Origin: Pedosphaera sp.
Lineage (GTDB): Bacteria > Verrucomicrobiota > Verrucomicrobiia > Limisphaerales > SIBH01
Direction of reading: 5' to 3'
DNA: 64,000 bases
Assembly (NCBI GenBank): GCA_031414955.1
Contig: JANOQV010000105.1
Coordinates: 1 to 64,000 of the forward strand
A program made the translations under genes and the position numbers. Below, piece after piece: positions 30,557 to 40,196 of this stretch (within the stretch, counting starts at the first letter, position 1; every line of letters starts with the position of its first letter). The notes below the pieces were generated by a model. That model saw only the letters and a list, made by a program, of their open reading frames with translations. It ran no database searches and was not told where the DNA came from.

Positions 30557-31297
30557 ATGCCTCTCGGACTTCTCGGAAAAAAATTGGGCCAGACCCGTGT
30601 GTATGACGCCACCGGCGTGATGCACTCGGTGACGGTGGTGCATGTCGGACCGAATCGCGTGATTCAGGTCAAGACGCAGGGCGGCAAAGACGGCTATAAC
30701 GCCGTGCAGCTCGGCCTGTATGAGCAAAAGGAAAGCCGCGTCGCCAAGCCGACGCTGGGTCACTTCAAGAAGTTCGGCGTGCCGGCCTTCAAAAAGGTGG
30801 CCGAGTTCCGCAACTTCTCCAAGGAAGTGAAGAGCGGTGACACGGTCGGGGCGGATCTCTTCTCCGTGGGCGATTTCATCGACGCCATCGGCGTGACGAA
30901 GGGCCGCGGTTTCGAGGGCGTGGTGGCCCGTCACGGTTTCCGTGGCGGCGACAGCACGCACGGAGCGAAGGGCTTTCATCGCCGCAACGGCGCCATCGGA
31001 CAGCGTTTGTTCCCCGGCACAGTCATGCGCGGCATGAAGATGCCCGGCCATCTGGGCCAGGTGCGCCGCACCACCCAGAACCTCGAAGTGATTCAGGTTC
31101 GCCCCGAGGACAACATTCTGCTCATCAAGGGCGCGATTCCCGGCTCGAACGACGATTACGTCATCATCCGTGAAGCGAAGAAGATGCCCCGCGAACTCGT
31201 GGCTAAGAAACGCGCCGCTGCCGAGGCAAAAGCCAAGGCCGCGCCGGCCAAGAAATCCAAAGCCCCCGCTCCCGCCAAGGCCGCAGCCAAAAAGTAA
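30557..31297 (+). CDS. rplC: 50S ribosomal protein L3
   Basis: GLLGKKLG, DGYNAVQLG, KGRGF.G, KMPGHLG; Ala/Lys-rich tail. Confidence 0.98.
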   Translation: MPLGLLGKKLGQTRVYDATGVMHSVTVVHVGPNRVIQVKTQGGKDGYNAVQLGLYEQKESRVAKPTLGHFKKFGVPAFKKVAEFRNFSKEVKSGDTVGADLFSVGDFIDAIGVTKGRGFEGVVARHGFRGGDSTHGAKGFHRRNGAIGQRLFPGTVMRGMKMPGHLGQVRRTTQNLEVIQVRPEDNILLIKGAIPGSNDDYVIIREAKKMPRELVAKKRAAAEAKAKAAPAKKSKAPAPAKAAAKK

Positions 31298-31303
31298 ACC
31301 CAC

Positions 31304-31927
31304 ATGAAAATCTCAATCAAAGACATCAAAGGCAAAGCCAGCGGCGAGATGGAAACGAGCTTCCCGCTCGTCGAGGGCGGCAAGGGCACCCAGGCTGTTC
31401 ACGACGTGGTGGTCGCATATCGCGCGGCCCAGCGCAGTGGCACGGCTTGCACCAAGAACGTGGGCGAAGTCTCCGGCAGCAACAAGAAGCCGTGGCGCCA
31501 GAAGGGCACCGGCCGCGCGCGCGCCGGCTCCCATCAGTCCCCGCTCTGGGTGGGTGGCGGCGTGGTCTTCGGTCCGCGTCCGCGTGATTTCTCCAAGAAA
31601 GTCTCGAAGACAACCCGGCAGCTCTCCTTGCGCAAGGCCTTCACCGAACGCTTGAAGGCAGGCGACGTGACAGTGGTGGACGACATCAAGCTCGCCACCT
31701 CGAAGACCAAGGATTTCATCACGGTGCTCAAGGCGCTGGACATCAAGAACACCGCCCTGCTCGTAACGCACCTCGCGGACAAGAACCTTGAACTGGCCTC
31801 CCGCAACGTGCCGAAGATCGAGGTCACGACCAGCGATTTCGTCAACACCTACCAGTTGCTCCGCAGCGACAAGCTCGTCTTCACGCGCGGCGCATTCGAG
31901 AAACTCGAAGAACGTCTCCAAAAGTAA
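31304..31927 (+). CDS. rplD: 50S ribosomal protein L4
   Basis: [29 protein letters not shown]. Confidence 0.98.
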   Translation: MKISIKDIKGKASGEMETSFPLVEGGKGTQAVHDVVVAYRAAQRSGTACTKNVGEVSGSNKKPWRQKGTGRARAGSHQSPLWVGGGVVFGPRPRDFSKKVSKTTRQLSLRKAFTERLKAGDVTVVDDIKLATSKTKDFITVLKALDIKNTALLVTHLADKNLELASRNVPKIEVTTSDFVNTYQLLRSDKLVFTRGAFEKLEERLQK

Positions 31928-31928
31928 C

Positions 31929-32210
31929 ATGAACGCTTTCGACATCATCAAGACCGTCCGCGTGACGGAAAAAGGCACCCGTCAGGGGGAGAAGCTCAAC
32001 CAGTTCACCGTGGTCGCTGATCCCCGCGCCAACAAGGTGCAGATCCGCCAGGCGGTGCAGGAGCTGTTCAAAGTCAAGGTCATCAAGGTCAACACTTTGA
32101 ACGTGCGCGGCAAAGCCCGCCGCAAGCGCACCGCGCAAGCTGGTCAGACCAACGACTGGAAGAAAGCCATCGTCACCTTGAAAGAGGGCGACCGCATCGT
32201 GCTGACCTAG
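31929..32210 (+). CDS. rplW: 50S ribosomal protein L23
   Basis: VTEK, ANK.QIR.AV..LF.VKV..VNT, WKKAIVTL. Confidence 0.97.
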   Translation: MNAFDIIKTVRVTEKGTRQGEKLNQFTVVADPRANKVQIRQAVQELFKVKVIKVNTLNVRGKARRKRTAQAGQTNDWKKAIVTLKEGDRIVLT

Positions 32211-32228
32211 TCCAGGGAAAATTCATAC

Positions 32229-32262
32229 GGCGCGGGGCAGAAATGCTTCGCGCCATTTTTTT
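32229..32262 (+). terminator. Rho-independent terminator directly after rplW
   Basis: ggcgcggggca-gaaa-tgcttcgcgcc-attttttt. Confidence 0.85.
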
Positions 32263-32408
32263 GATTGTGAACTCCGATCATGGCCTGATTGGAACTTGTT
32301 CCAAGCGGATGGCTGGCAGAGGTCTATGCGGACTGAGCAGACTCGCGACGATTGAAACCGCCAGCTTACGTTTAGCGAATCAGGGAGGAAGTTTGGATTT
32401 CGATGGTA

Positions 32409-32575
32409 GGGCTATGCACTTGATTCCCATCACGGCGGAACGCGGAACTGTGGGCAGAAAGATTGATGGCGGAAAAATAAAACGCCCATGTTTTTGCCAT
32501 CAATTTTTCTACCACCGCTTTCGGTTTGCATCCGGTGCCCGCTCCCACCGGGAAGGGGAATTAAGTGCATAGCCC
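32409..32575. mobile_element. MITE-like element, 167 bp, 20-bp terminal inverted repeats with nested internal hairpin
   Basis: gggctatgcacttgattccc (32409-32428) vs gggaattaagtgcatagccc (32556-32575), 19/20 complementary; inner IR 32451-32514. Confidence 0.65.
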
Positions 32576-32779
32576 AATTAGATGGATTCTGCTGATGCTC
32601 ACGTTAGCGGAATCGCTCGTGGTGCCCGCGCAGCATTCAGTTCCACCGAACTGAGCAGCAAAATCACCCCGGCACTAGCCCCCCCCGCCGGGACCACGCC
32701 AAGTTGGATGGCATCGGCGATGGCGGCAATTATTTCTGGAGGGAAGTGTTTGGCGGTGCATGAAGTCTACCCTGCCCTT

Positions 32780-33247
32780 TCAAATCACGAAATCGGCCGC
32801 GCTGATGGGTTCCTGTTCCAGTTTACGGGCGCGCTCGCACATCTCCGCCACGGTTACGCGCTCCACCACTTTCACCACGGCGTCACGCGCTTCCTTCATC
32901 ACGGAACGGATGGCGCAGCGACCTTCGTCGGGGCAGGAACATTTTTCGTAAAAGCGTTCGCTTACACAACTCACCGGCGCGAGCGCCCCTTCGACATGGC
33001 GGATGACTTCGGCCAGAGTGATCTTTTCCGGCGGCCGGCTCAGGCGATAGCCGCCCGCGACGCCGCGTTTGCTCTCGACTACACGCGCCGACTTGAGGTC
33101 GTTGAGAATCTGTTCGAGGAACCGCTTTGGGATATTCTGCTGCTCGGAGATTTCCTGGATGCGGACCACCGAGTCATCCTCCTGATAATCGCGCCCAAGG
33201 ACGAGCAGGGCGCGCAGGGCGTATTCGCCGCGAGTGGACAGCTTCAT
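32780..33247 (-). CDS. Rrf2 family transcriptional regulator (CymR/IscR-like)
   Basis: MKLSTRGEYALRAL, IP.RFLEQIL..L, S.RG..GGY.L, three Cys (CVS..CSC..C); divergent from sulfate operon. Confidence 0.93.
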   Translation of the reverse strand: MKLSTRGEYALRALLVLGRDYQEDDSVVRIQEISEQQNIPKRFLEQILNDLKSARVVESKRGVAGGYRLSRPPEKITLAEVIRHVEGALAPVSCVSERFYEKCSCPDEGRCAIRSVMKEARDAVVKVVERVTVAEMCERARKLEQEPISAADFVI

Positions 33248-33264
33248 TTGCGGCCAACCGTAGT

Positions 33265-33365
33265 AATCTACAGTTGTTCAATCAAGTTTTTGTTCCAGCG
33301 TGAGAATTTACCCATTTTCATTCAGGAAAACATTTTTTCCAAACACTATTGACTGAGTAGGGATT
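33265..33365. promoter_or_regulatory. Two oppositely oriented putative Rrf2 operator boxes
   Basis: Revcomp of 33265-33289 (aaacttgattgaacaactgtagatt) and 33341-33365 (aaacactattgactgagtagggatt) share AAAC-N3-ATTGA-N3-A-N-T-N3-GATT. Confidence 0.5.
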
Positions 33366-33403
33366 AAATTAGTTATCGTCGCCAACAGAAGAAATTAAGC
33401 GAT

Positions 33404-33583
33404 ATGAGCGCACCAGTGAACGAAATTGAAATCTCGCCCGAATGGGTCGGGATTCTGGTCAAGCAGATCGAGTCGCTGCGCTTCGGCGTGGTGCAAATCA
33501 CGGTGCATGAATCGCGCGTGGTGCAGATCGAGAAGACCGAGAAAGTGCGCCTCGACCAAAGCGAGCGGAAGGAAGCGCGCTGA
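33404..33583 (+). CDS. YezD/DUF2292 (OscA-like) small protein, 59 aa; absent from ORF track
   Basis: Translated by hand: MSAPVNEIEISPEWVGILVKQIESLRFGVVQITVHESRVVQIEKTEKVRLDQSERKEAR; SLRFG.VQITVH..RVVQIE.TEK.R signature; heads sulfate operon. Confidence 0.9.
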   Translation: MSAPVNEIEISPEWVGILVKQIESLRFGVVQITVHESRVVQIEKTEKVRLDQSERKEAR

Positions 33584-33674
33584 GATTTTGCCTACCAGTC
33601 GAACTGGCGGCCAACGGACCAAGCAAAAGTGAACCGACCGAACCATCGGAGGAGAGCTGAAATGAAAGCAGAAA

Positions 33675-35114
33675 ATGAAATTAACTCGATGGATGGTGGT
33701 CGTGGCGCTGTTGAGCGCGCAGACCAGTTACGTGCTGGCTCAGGATCAAAGTGATGAACTGAAGCGGCTGAAACAACAATTGCAGGAACTGGATCAAAAA
33801 GTGCGAATTCTGGAACGCAGCAACGAACTCGAAGCCGAGGTGGCGGACGCGAAAGCAAAGACGCTGCCGACGGTGAGCCTCGGCGCGGGCGGGTTGATCG
33901 CCACGTCGGGTGACTCAAACTTCGTGATGAAGATTCGCGGCTACGTGCAGGCGGATTCGCGGACGTTCATCGGCGGCGAAGACATTAAAGGCAACGACAC
34001 GTTCGGGCTTCGCCGTGTGCGGCCAATCATCGAAGGCTCGGTCTGGAAGGATTTCGAGTATCGCCTCATGCTCGACTTCGGCACCGGCATCACGTCGGGC
34101 ACGGGTAACAATGCTTTTCTCCAGGACGGCTACGTCAACTTCCATCACTGGGACGAAGTGCAGCTTCAGGTGGGCAAGATGAAGGAGCCAGTGGGGCTGG
34201 AGCGGTTGCAGTCGGGCCGCAATCTCCTCTTCATCGAACGCAGTCTGCCGACGCAGCTCGTGCCAAACCGTGACGTGGGCGCGCAATTGCATGGCAAGCT
34301 CTGGGGCAACTTGCTGGCCTACCAGGTCGGCTACTTCAACGGCGTGGAGGATGGCGGCAGCGGCGACATCGAAGTGAGTGATGACGGCAAGGACGTGGCG
34401 GCTCGTTTGTTTGTGCAGCCGTTTGACCGGACGGGCCTTGACCCGCTGAAGAAGTTAGGACTCGGTGTTGCGGTCACACATGGCACGCACGTCGGCGCGT
34501 TGCGCAATTACGCGACCTCGGGACAACAGACCTGGTTTCGCTGGCGTACCGGCGCGGGCACGACAGCGGCTCCGAATGTGACGGCCGATGGGCCGACGGA
34601 TCGTTTCACGCCGCAGGCTTGGTACTACTGGGGACCTTTTGGCCTTTATGGCGAATATGTGATTACCTCGCATGAAGTAGCCCTCAAAGCCGGCGCAGCC
34701 CCGGGGCAGACGAGCCACGAGACATTCGACAACCGCGCCTGGCAGATTTCGGCCAGCTATTTCCTGACCGGCGAGGAGAATTCCTTCGGGGTGGTGACGC
34801 CGAAGCGTCCGTTTGGCTTTGGCCCGGGCAGCGGCTGGGGCGCATGGGAGATTGCCGCGCGAATTGGGCAGATCTCCGTCGATGACGCGGTGTTCCGGGA
34901 TCGCGATGCGGTGGCCGGGCCGGACTTTGCCACGGACAATTCCGCCCGTGAGGCCAAGGAGTGGGGCGTCGGACTGAACTGGCATCTGAACTCGAACATC
35001 AAGGCGAGCGCGAACTATCTGCACACGGACTTCAAAGGCGGCAGCCGGGCCAAAGGTGAAGTGACGGCGCAGGACGAGGAAGCTATTTTCGCCCGCGTGC
35101 AGTTCGTCTTTTAA
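33675..35114 (+). CDS. OprO/OprP-family anion-selective porin
   Basis: Signal peptide, coiled coil, RRVRP..EG, GK.KEPVGLE, RDVG, GAWEIAAR, terminal Phe. Confidence 0.88.
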   Translation: MKLTRWMVVVALLSAQTSYVLAQDQSDELKRLKQQLQELDQKVRILERSNELEAEVADAKAKTLPTVSLGAGGLIATSGDSNFVMKIRGYVQADSRTFIGGEDIKGNDTFGLRRVRPIIEGSVWKDFEYRLMLDFGTGITSGTGNNAFLQDGYVNFHHWDEVQLQVGKMKEPVGLERLQSGRNLLFIERSLPTQLVPNRDVGAQLHGKLWGNLLAYQVGYFNGVEDGGSGDIEVSDDGKDVAARLFVQPFDRTGLDPLKKLGLGVAVTHGTHVGALRNYATSGQQTWFRWRTGAGTTAAPNVTADGPTDRFTPQAWYYWGPFGLYGEYVITSHEVALKAGAAPGQTSHETFDNRAWQISASYFLTGEENSFGVVTPKRPFGFGPGSGWGAWEIAARIGQISVDDAVFRDRDAVAGPDFATDNSAREAKEWGVGLNWHLNSNIKASANYLHTDFKGGSRAKGEVTAQDEEAIFARVQFVF

Positions 35115-35129
35115 CAAGCGGAGCAAACC

Positions 35130-36134
35130 ATGAAGAAGAAACTACTGACCATATTGGCGCTGTCCCTGGCTGGCGTGACCGTTTTCGCGGCGGCCAGGCC
35201 GGCCACGCTGCTCAATGTCTCGTATGATCCCACTCGCGAGTTGTATGTGGAATTCAACTCGGCCTTCGCCAAGCACTGGGAAGACAAGACCGGGCAGAAA
35301 GTTAAAATCAAGCAGGCGCATGACGGTTCGGGCAAACAAAGCCGCAAGGTCATCGACGGCCTGCCTGCCGATGTCGTGACGCTGGCGCTGGCCTACGACA
35401 TCGACGCCATCGCCGAGCGGAGCAAGCTGCTCCCCGCCGACTGGCAGAAGCGGCTGCCCCACAACAGCTCGCCCTACACTTCGACGATCGTTTTCGTGGT
35501 GCGAAAGGGAAATCCCAAGGGCATCAAAGACTGGGACGATCTTGTGAAGACCGGGGTGGCCGTGGTGACGCCCAACCCCAAGACCTCCGGCGGCGCCCGG
35601 TGGAATTATCTTGCGGCGTGGGCTTACGAATTGATCCGGACGAAGGATGAGACGAAGGCCCAGGAGTTTGTGGCCAGGATCTACAAGAACACCCCGGTGC
35701 TCGACATCGGAGCGCGCGGCTCGACCACGACGTTTGTCCAGCGCGGCATCGGAGACGTGTTCATCTCGTGGGAGAACGAAGCGTATCTCGCGGTCAAGGA
35801 ATACGGCGCGGCCAAACTCGAGATCGTCAACCCCTCCATCAGCATACTTGCCGAGCCGCCGGTCTCCGTGGTGGACAAGGCGGCGCGCAAGAATGGTAAC
35901 GAGGCCGTGGCCAGGGCCTATCTCGAATACCTTTACAGCGACGTGGGCCAGGAAATCGCGGCGAAGAATTTCTACCGTCCACGCAACGAGGCCATTGCAC
36001 TGAAGCACGCCGGCAAATTTCCGAGATTGAAGCTCGTCACCATTGATGAAGTGTTCGGCGGCTGGGCCAGGGCGCAGAAGACGCACTTCAGCGACGGCGG
36101 CACTTTTGATCAGATTTCGCGCGCCAACCGATGA
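35130..36134 (+). CDS. sbp: Sulfate ABC transporter substrate-binding protein
   Basis: [46 protein letters not shown]. Confidence 0.96.
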   Translation: MKKKLLTILALSLAGVTVFAAARPATLLNVSYDPTRELYVEFNSAFAKHWEDKTGQKVKIKQAHDGSGKQSRKVIDGLPADVVTLALAYDIDAIAERSKLLPADWQKRLPHNSSPYTSTIVFVVRKGNPKGIKDWDDLVKTGVAVVTPNPKTSGGARWNYLAAWAYELIRTKDETKAQEFVARIYKNTPVLDIGARGSTTTFVQRGIGDVFISWENEAYLAVKEYGAAKLEIVNPSISILAEPPVSVVDKAARKNGNEAVARAYLEYLYSDVGQEIAAKNFYRPRNEAIALKHAGKFPRLKLVTIDEVFGGWARAQKTHFSDGGTFDQISRANR

Positions 36135-36191
36135 ACCAGGCGGGCCAGGTTGCGCCGCGGCCGGGCCGGCCATTCAACACGACCACACGAC

Positions 36192-37015
36192 ATGAGAACC
36201 ATTGTTGAAGCTCCGACACCAGTCGCCCGGAAGCAGATTGTCGCCGACCAGCGTTCGGCGGAGAAACTCCTCGCACCCTTCGATGACCTGGCGGCCCGTC
36301 CGCCGAGCGTCGTGGCGAAGCCGCTGGTCGAGTTCGACAGCCGCGGCCGGAAATACACGGTGCCGCGTTACCTGTGGCTTGGCCCCAAAGGCGGCGGCGA
36401 CATCATCCGCATCGGCAGCTTCGCCACCATTCATGGGGATGAACCGGAAGGCGCGCTCGCGCGCTTCCTCGCTGCGCTGGAAAAGGCTCCTGAACTGGCC
36501 GAAGGCTACGCGTTGTTCATCTATCCCATCTGCAATCCCGCGGGGTTCGAGGACAACACGCGCCATTCGCACAGCGGCAAGGATTTGAACCGTGAGTTCT
36601 GGGCAGAATCGCCGGAACCGGAAGTGCGGGCACTCGAAACCGAAATCTGGACGCACGCATTTCACGGCATCATCACGCTGCACTCGGACGACACGAGCCA
36701 CGGCCTGGATGGCTTCGTGAATGGCGCGGTCCTCTCGGAGCATCTGCTCGAGCCGGCGCTTCAATCGGCGGAGACTTCCCTGCCGCGCAACCGGCGCCGC
36801 ACCATCGACGGCTTCCCCGCGCGGCGCGGGCTGATCTACTCCTGCTACGGCGGCGTGCTGAAGTCGCCGGCGGGCCTGAGCCAGCCGCCTGCGAGATTAC
36901 GCTGGAGACCCCGCAGGCCGCACCGCTGCACTTGCAGGTCGGGGCGTGCCAGGCCGCGTTGCAAACCATCCTCACCGAGTACCGTTACCTGATGGCGGTG
37001 GCGCAGAACATTTGA
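36192..37015 (+). pseudogene. M14-family (carboxypeptidase/desuccinylase-like) gene with frameshift near 36890
   Basis: IHGDEPEG, NP.G....TR, DLNREF, LHSDD; after cag ccg cct gc the alternative frame reads EITLETPQAAPLHLQV...EYRYLMAVAQNI* ending 37015. Confidence 0.75.
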
Positions 37016-37181
37016 ACAAGATGAACGACCAACGAGGCGCTTCGGTCACACTCTGCCCGCAACGGGGAACGGGAGGCTCGTTCTGGCCTGCTGGGAACGT
37101 CGGCAATGGTCCGGCTCGCTCGTTGTTCTGCGGGAGAAAAAGTTTCTCTGTCCCACACGGTTCTGATTCGATAGCTCGCCC

Positions 37182-38006
37182 ATGCTGAACAGAAAATTCA
37201 ACGCGCTGCCCGGCTTCGGCCTCACCATGGGTTTCACGCTGTTCTATCTCAGCGTGATTGTGCTCATCCCGATGGCGGCGCTGCTCCTCAAGACCTTCCA
37301 GCTTTCGTGGGCGGACTTCTGGGGCGTGGTGACGACGGAGCGCGCGCTGGCCGCGTATCGCCTGACCTTTGGGGCGTCGCTCATCGCGGCGCTGATCAAC
37401 GCGGTGTTCGGCACCATCCTGGCCTGGGTGCTGGTGCGTTACCATTTTCCCGGCCGCAAATTCATCGATGCCCTGGTGGACTTCCCCTTCGCCCTGCCGA
37501 CGGCGGTGGCCGGATTAACCCTCGCCAGCCTTTTCGCCGGCAACGGCTGGCTTGGGCAATACCTCGTGCCGCTCGGCATCGAGGGTGCGTACACGCAACT
37601 GGGCATTGTCATTGCGCTCACTTTCGTCGGCATGCCGTTCTCGGTGCGCACGCTGCAGCCCGTGCTGGAGAATCTGGATCGCGGCCTGGAGGAAGCCGCC
37701 GCCACGCTCGGCGCGGGACGGATGCGCACCTTCCTGCAAGTGATTGGTCCGAGTCTCGCGCCGACCATCATCACGGGCTTCGCGCTGTCCTTCGCGCGGG
37801 CCGTCGGCGAATACGGCTCCATCGTCTTCATCTCCGGGAACATTCAGTACAAAACCCAGATTGCGCCCATGCTGATTTTTGAGCACCTGGAAAACTACGA
37901 TTACCTCAGCGCCACCGCCGTGGCCGCAGTCTTGATGGTCATCTCCTTCGTGATCCTCATCGTGGTCAACTACCTTGAGGCCTGGGCGGGACGCCTCACC
38001 AAATAA
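37182..38006 (+). CDS. cysT: Sulfate ABC transporter permease CysT
   Basis: LPGFGLT.G, AWVLVRY.FPG, PFALPTAVAG, EEAA.TLGA, FARA.GEYGS. Confidence 0.96.
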   Translation: MLNRKFNALPGFGLTMGFTLFYLSVIVLIPMAALLLKTFQLSWADFWGVVTTERALAAYRLTFGASLIAALINAVFGTILAWVLVRYHFPGRKFIDALVDFPFALPTAVAGLTLASLFAGNGWLGQYLVPLGIEGAYTQLGIVIALTFVGMPFSVRTLQPVLENLDRGLEEAAATLGAGRMRTFLQVIGPSLAPTIITGFALSFARAVGEYGSIVFISGNIQYKTQIAPMLIFEHLENYDYLSATAVAAVLMVISFVILIVVNYLEAWAGRLTK

Positions 38007-38007
38007 C

Positions 38008-38922
38008 ATGGCTGGCTACGCAAAACGCGGAAAGGGAGCAACGAGCGCATCCAGGCGCGGCACGGAAGAATCGCCGTTCGTGAAGTGGCTGCTCATCGGC
38101 GTGGCGCTCACCTTCTCGCTCGTCTTCCTGTTGCTGCCGCTGGTGAACGTCTTTGCGCAAGCCTTCAGCAAAGGGCTGGGCGCGTATTTCCACGCGCTGG
38201 CCGATCCCGACTCGTGGGCGGCCATGAAGCTGACGCTCCTCGTCGCGGCCATCACCGTGCCGTGCAACGTCCTCTTTGGTTTCGCCTCGGCCTGGGCCAT
38301 CGCCAAGTTCGAGTTTCGCGGCAAGTCACTGCTCACCACGCTCATCGATCTGCCATTCTCCGTGTCACCCGTGGTGGCAGGTCTCATGTATGTGCTCCTG
38401 TTCGGCATGCAGGGCTACTTTGGCGAGTGGTTGAACGAGCGCGACTTCAGAATTATTTTTGCCCTGCCCGGCATCGTGCTCGTCACCATCTTCATCACCT
38501 TCCCGTTCGTCGCCCGCGAGTTGATCCCGGTCATGCAGGCCGCCGGCACCGCGCAGGAACAGGCCGCGCTCACCTTGGGCGCGGGCGGGTTCAGGACGTT
38601 CTGGCATGTCACCCTGCCCTCGGTGAAATGGGGGATGGTTTACGGCATCATCCTCTGCAACGCCCGGGCCATGGGCGAATTCGGCGCGGTCTCCGTGGTG
38701 AGCGGCAACATCGCCGGGATGAGTGAAACGATGCCGTTGCAGGTCGAGCGGCTTTACAAGGAATTCAACGCCGTGGGCGCTTTCGCCGTGGCCAGCCTGC
38801 TGGCGCTGCTCGCCCTCGTCACGCTGGGGATCAAGACCTGGCTCGAGTACCGCGCGCAAAAGGAAGAGGAAGCCGCGCAGCACGCCATCGACGTGCCGAC
38901 GACGAAAAGTCATTTTTCATGA
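38008..38922 (+). CDS. cysW: Sulfate ABC transporter permease CysW
   Basis: DLPFSVSPVVAG, PFVARELIP, CNARAMGEFGAVSVVSG. Confidence 0.96.
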   Translation: MAGYAKRGKGATSASRRGTEESPFVKWLLIGVALTFSLVFLLLPLVNVFAQAFSKGLGAYFHALADPDSWAAMKLTLLVAAITVPCNVLFGFASAWAIAKFEFRGKSLLTTLIDLPFSVSPVVAGLMYVLLFGMQGYFGEWLNERDFRIIFALPGIVLVTIFITFPFVARELIPVMQAAGTAQEQAALTLGAGGFRTFWHVTLPSVKWGMVYGIILCNARAMGEFGAVSVVSGNIAGMSETMPLQVERLYKEFNAVGAFAVASLLALLALVTLGIKTWLEYRAQKEEEAAQHAIDVPTTKSHFS

Positions 38923-40022
38923 GCATCGAAGTCAGAAACGTCAGCAAGCGCTTTGGCGGCGTCGCCGCCGTCAGCAACGTGAGTTTCTCGGTCAAGGACG
39001 GCGAGTTGATCGCCCTCCTCGGGCCGAGCGGCGGCGGCAAAACCACCGTGCTGCGCATGATCGCCGGGCTGGAACAGCCGACCGAGGGCGACATTTACAT
39101 TCGAGGCAAGCGCGTCAACGACGTGAAGGTGCAGAAGCGCAACATCGGTTTCGTGTTTCAGAACTACGCGCTCTTCGGCACCATGAACGTGTTCAAGAAC
39201 ATCGCCTTCGGCCTGAAGATCAAGAAATGGAAGCAGCCGGAGATCGAAGCGCGCGTGGCCGAGTTGCTGGAGCTGCTCGAGCTGAAGGGATATGAAAAGC
39301 GCCTGCCGCACCAACTCTCCGGTGGCCAGCGCCAGCGGGTGGCCATCGCCCGCGCGCTCGCGCCCAAACCGGATGTTCTGTTGCTTGATGAGCCGTTCGG
39401 CGCGGTGGACGCGAAGATCCGCCAGGAACTCCGCGAGTGGCTCGTGCATCTGCATCACGACCTGAACGTGACGACGCTCTTTGTCACTCACGATCAGGAG
39501 GAAGCGTTGGAGGTTTCCGACCGCATCGTCATCTTCTCCCAGGGCAACCTCGAACAGATCGGCACCCCGCGCGAAGTCTACGAGCAGCCGAACAACGAGT
39601 TCGTGGCCCGCTTCATCGGCGTGATGAACGTGATCGAGTGCGAGGTGCGAGGCGGCGTGGCACGGCTCAACGAACTGGAGTTCCCCTCGCACGGCGTGGC
39701 CGACGGGCAGAAGCTGCGCCTCGGGTTCCGGCCCTATTCCGTGCAGGTTTCCACGGACCTGACGGCGCATCGCTACCAGGGCGTGCTGCGCCGCACCTAT
39801 TTTCTCGGCATCCTGCTCCGCATCGAGGTGGAACTGCCCAGCGGCCTGCTCGTGCGCTCGCGCCTGACCAAGGAGGAATATGCACGATTCGGCCTGCGCG
39901 ACGGCGTCCCCGTCTCGTTCCAAATCCGTCAGTACCGAGTGCTGGGCACGGACGCGGACTCTCTCACCTCGGAAGTTTCGGTCACGCACGACATGCCCAC
40001 CAGCCTGGGCGAGGGCATTTGA
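38919..40022 (+). CDS. cysA: Sulfate ABC transporter ATP-binding protein CysA
   Basis: GPSGGGKT, LSGGQRQR, LLLDEPF; TOBE-like C-terminus; follows cysT/W. Confidence 0.93.
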   Translation: MSIEVRNVSKRFGGVAAVSNVSFSVKDGELIALLGPSGGGKTTVLRMIAGLEQPTEGDIYIRGKRVNDVKVQKRNIGFVFQNYALFGTMNVFKNIAFGLKIKKWKQPEIEARVAELLELLELKGYEKRLPHQLSGGQRQRVAIARALAPKPDVLLLDEPFGAVDAKIRQELREWLVHLHHDLNVTTLFVTHDQEEALEVSDRIVIFSQGNLEQIGTPREVYEQPNNEFVARFIGVMNVIECEVRGGVARLNELEFPSHGVADGQKLRLGFRPYSVQVSTDLTAHRYQGVLRRTYFLGILLRIEVELPSGLLVRSRLTKEEYARFGLRDGVPVSFQIRQYRVLGTDADSLTSEVSVTHDMPTSLGEGI

Positions 40023-40196
40023 AGCGGCCAGGCCCAGACGCCTGGGCCAAAGGGACTGGAGCGCCCGCATGATGAGGATCACAGGATCCAGATCCATCTC
40101 TCCTGCCCCAGCCTGGCCGCTTTCCCATCGTTTGAACTTTTTCTAAACAAACCGCCCGGTTGCTCCGTCCATTCCCGGCAACAAACAACTCGGCTT

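Noticed and set aside
31200..31297. Ala/Lys/Pro-rich tail of L3 as a separate feature
   Set aside because: Low-complexity tails on ribosomal proteins are common and need no special explanation
32243..33352. ORFs 32243-32572 and 32582-33352 on the plus strand
   Set aside because: The first overlaps a terminator and the MITE-like element; the second is antisense to the Rrf2 gene
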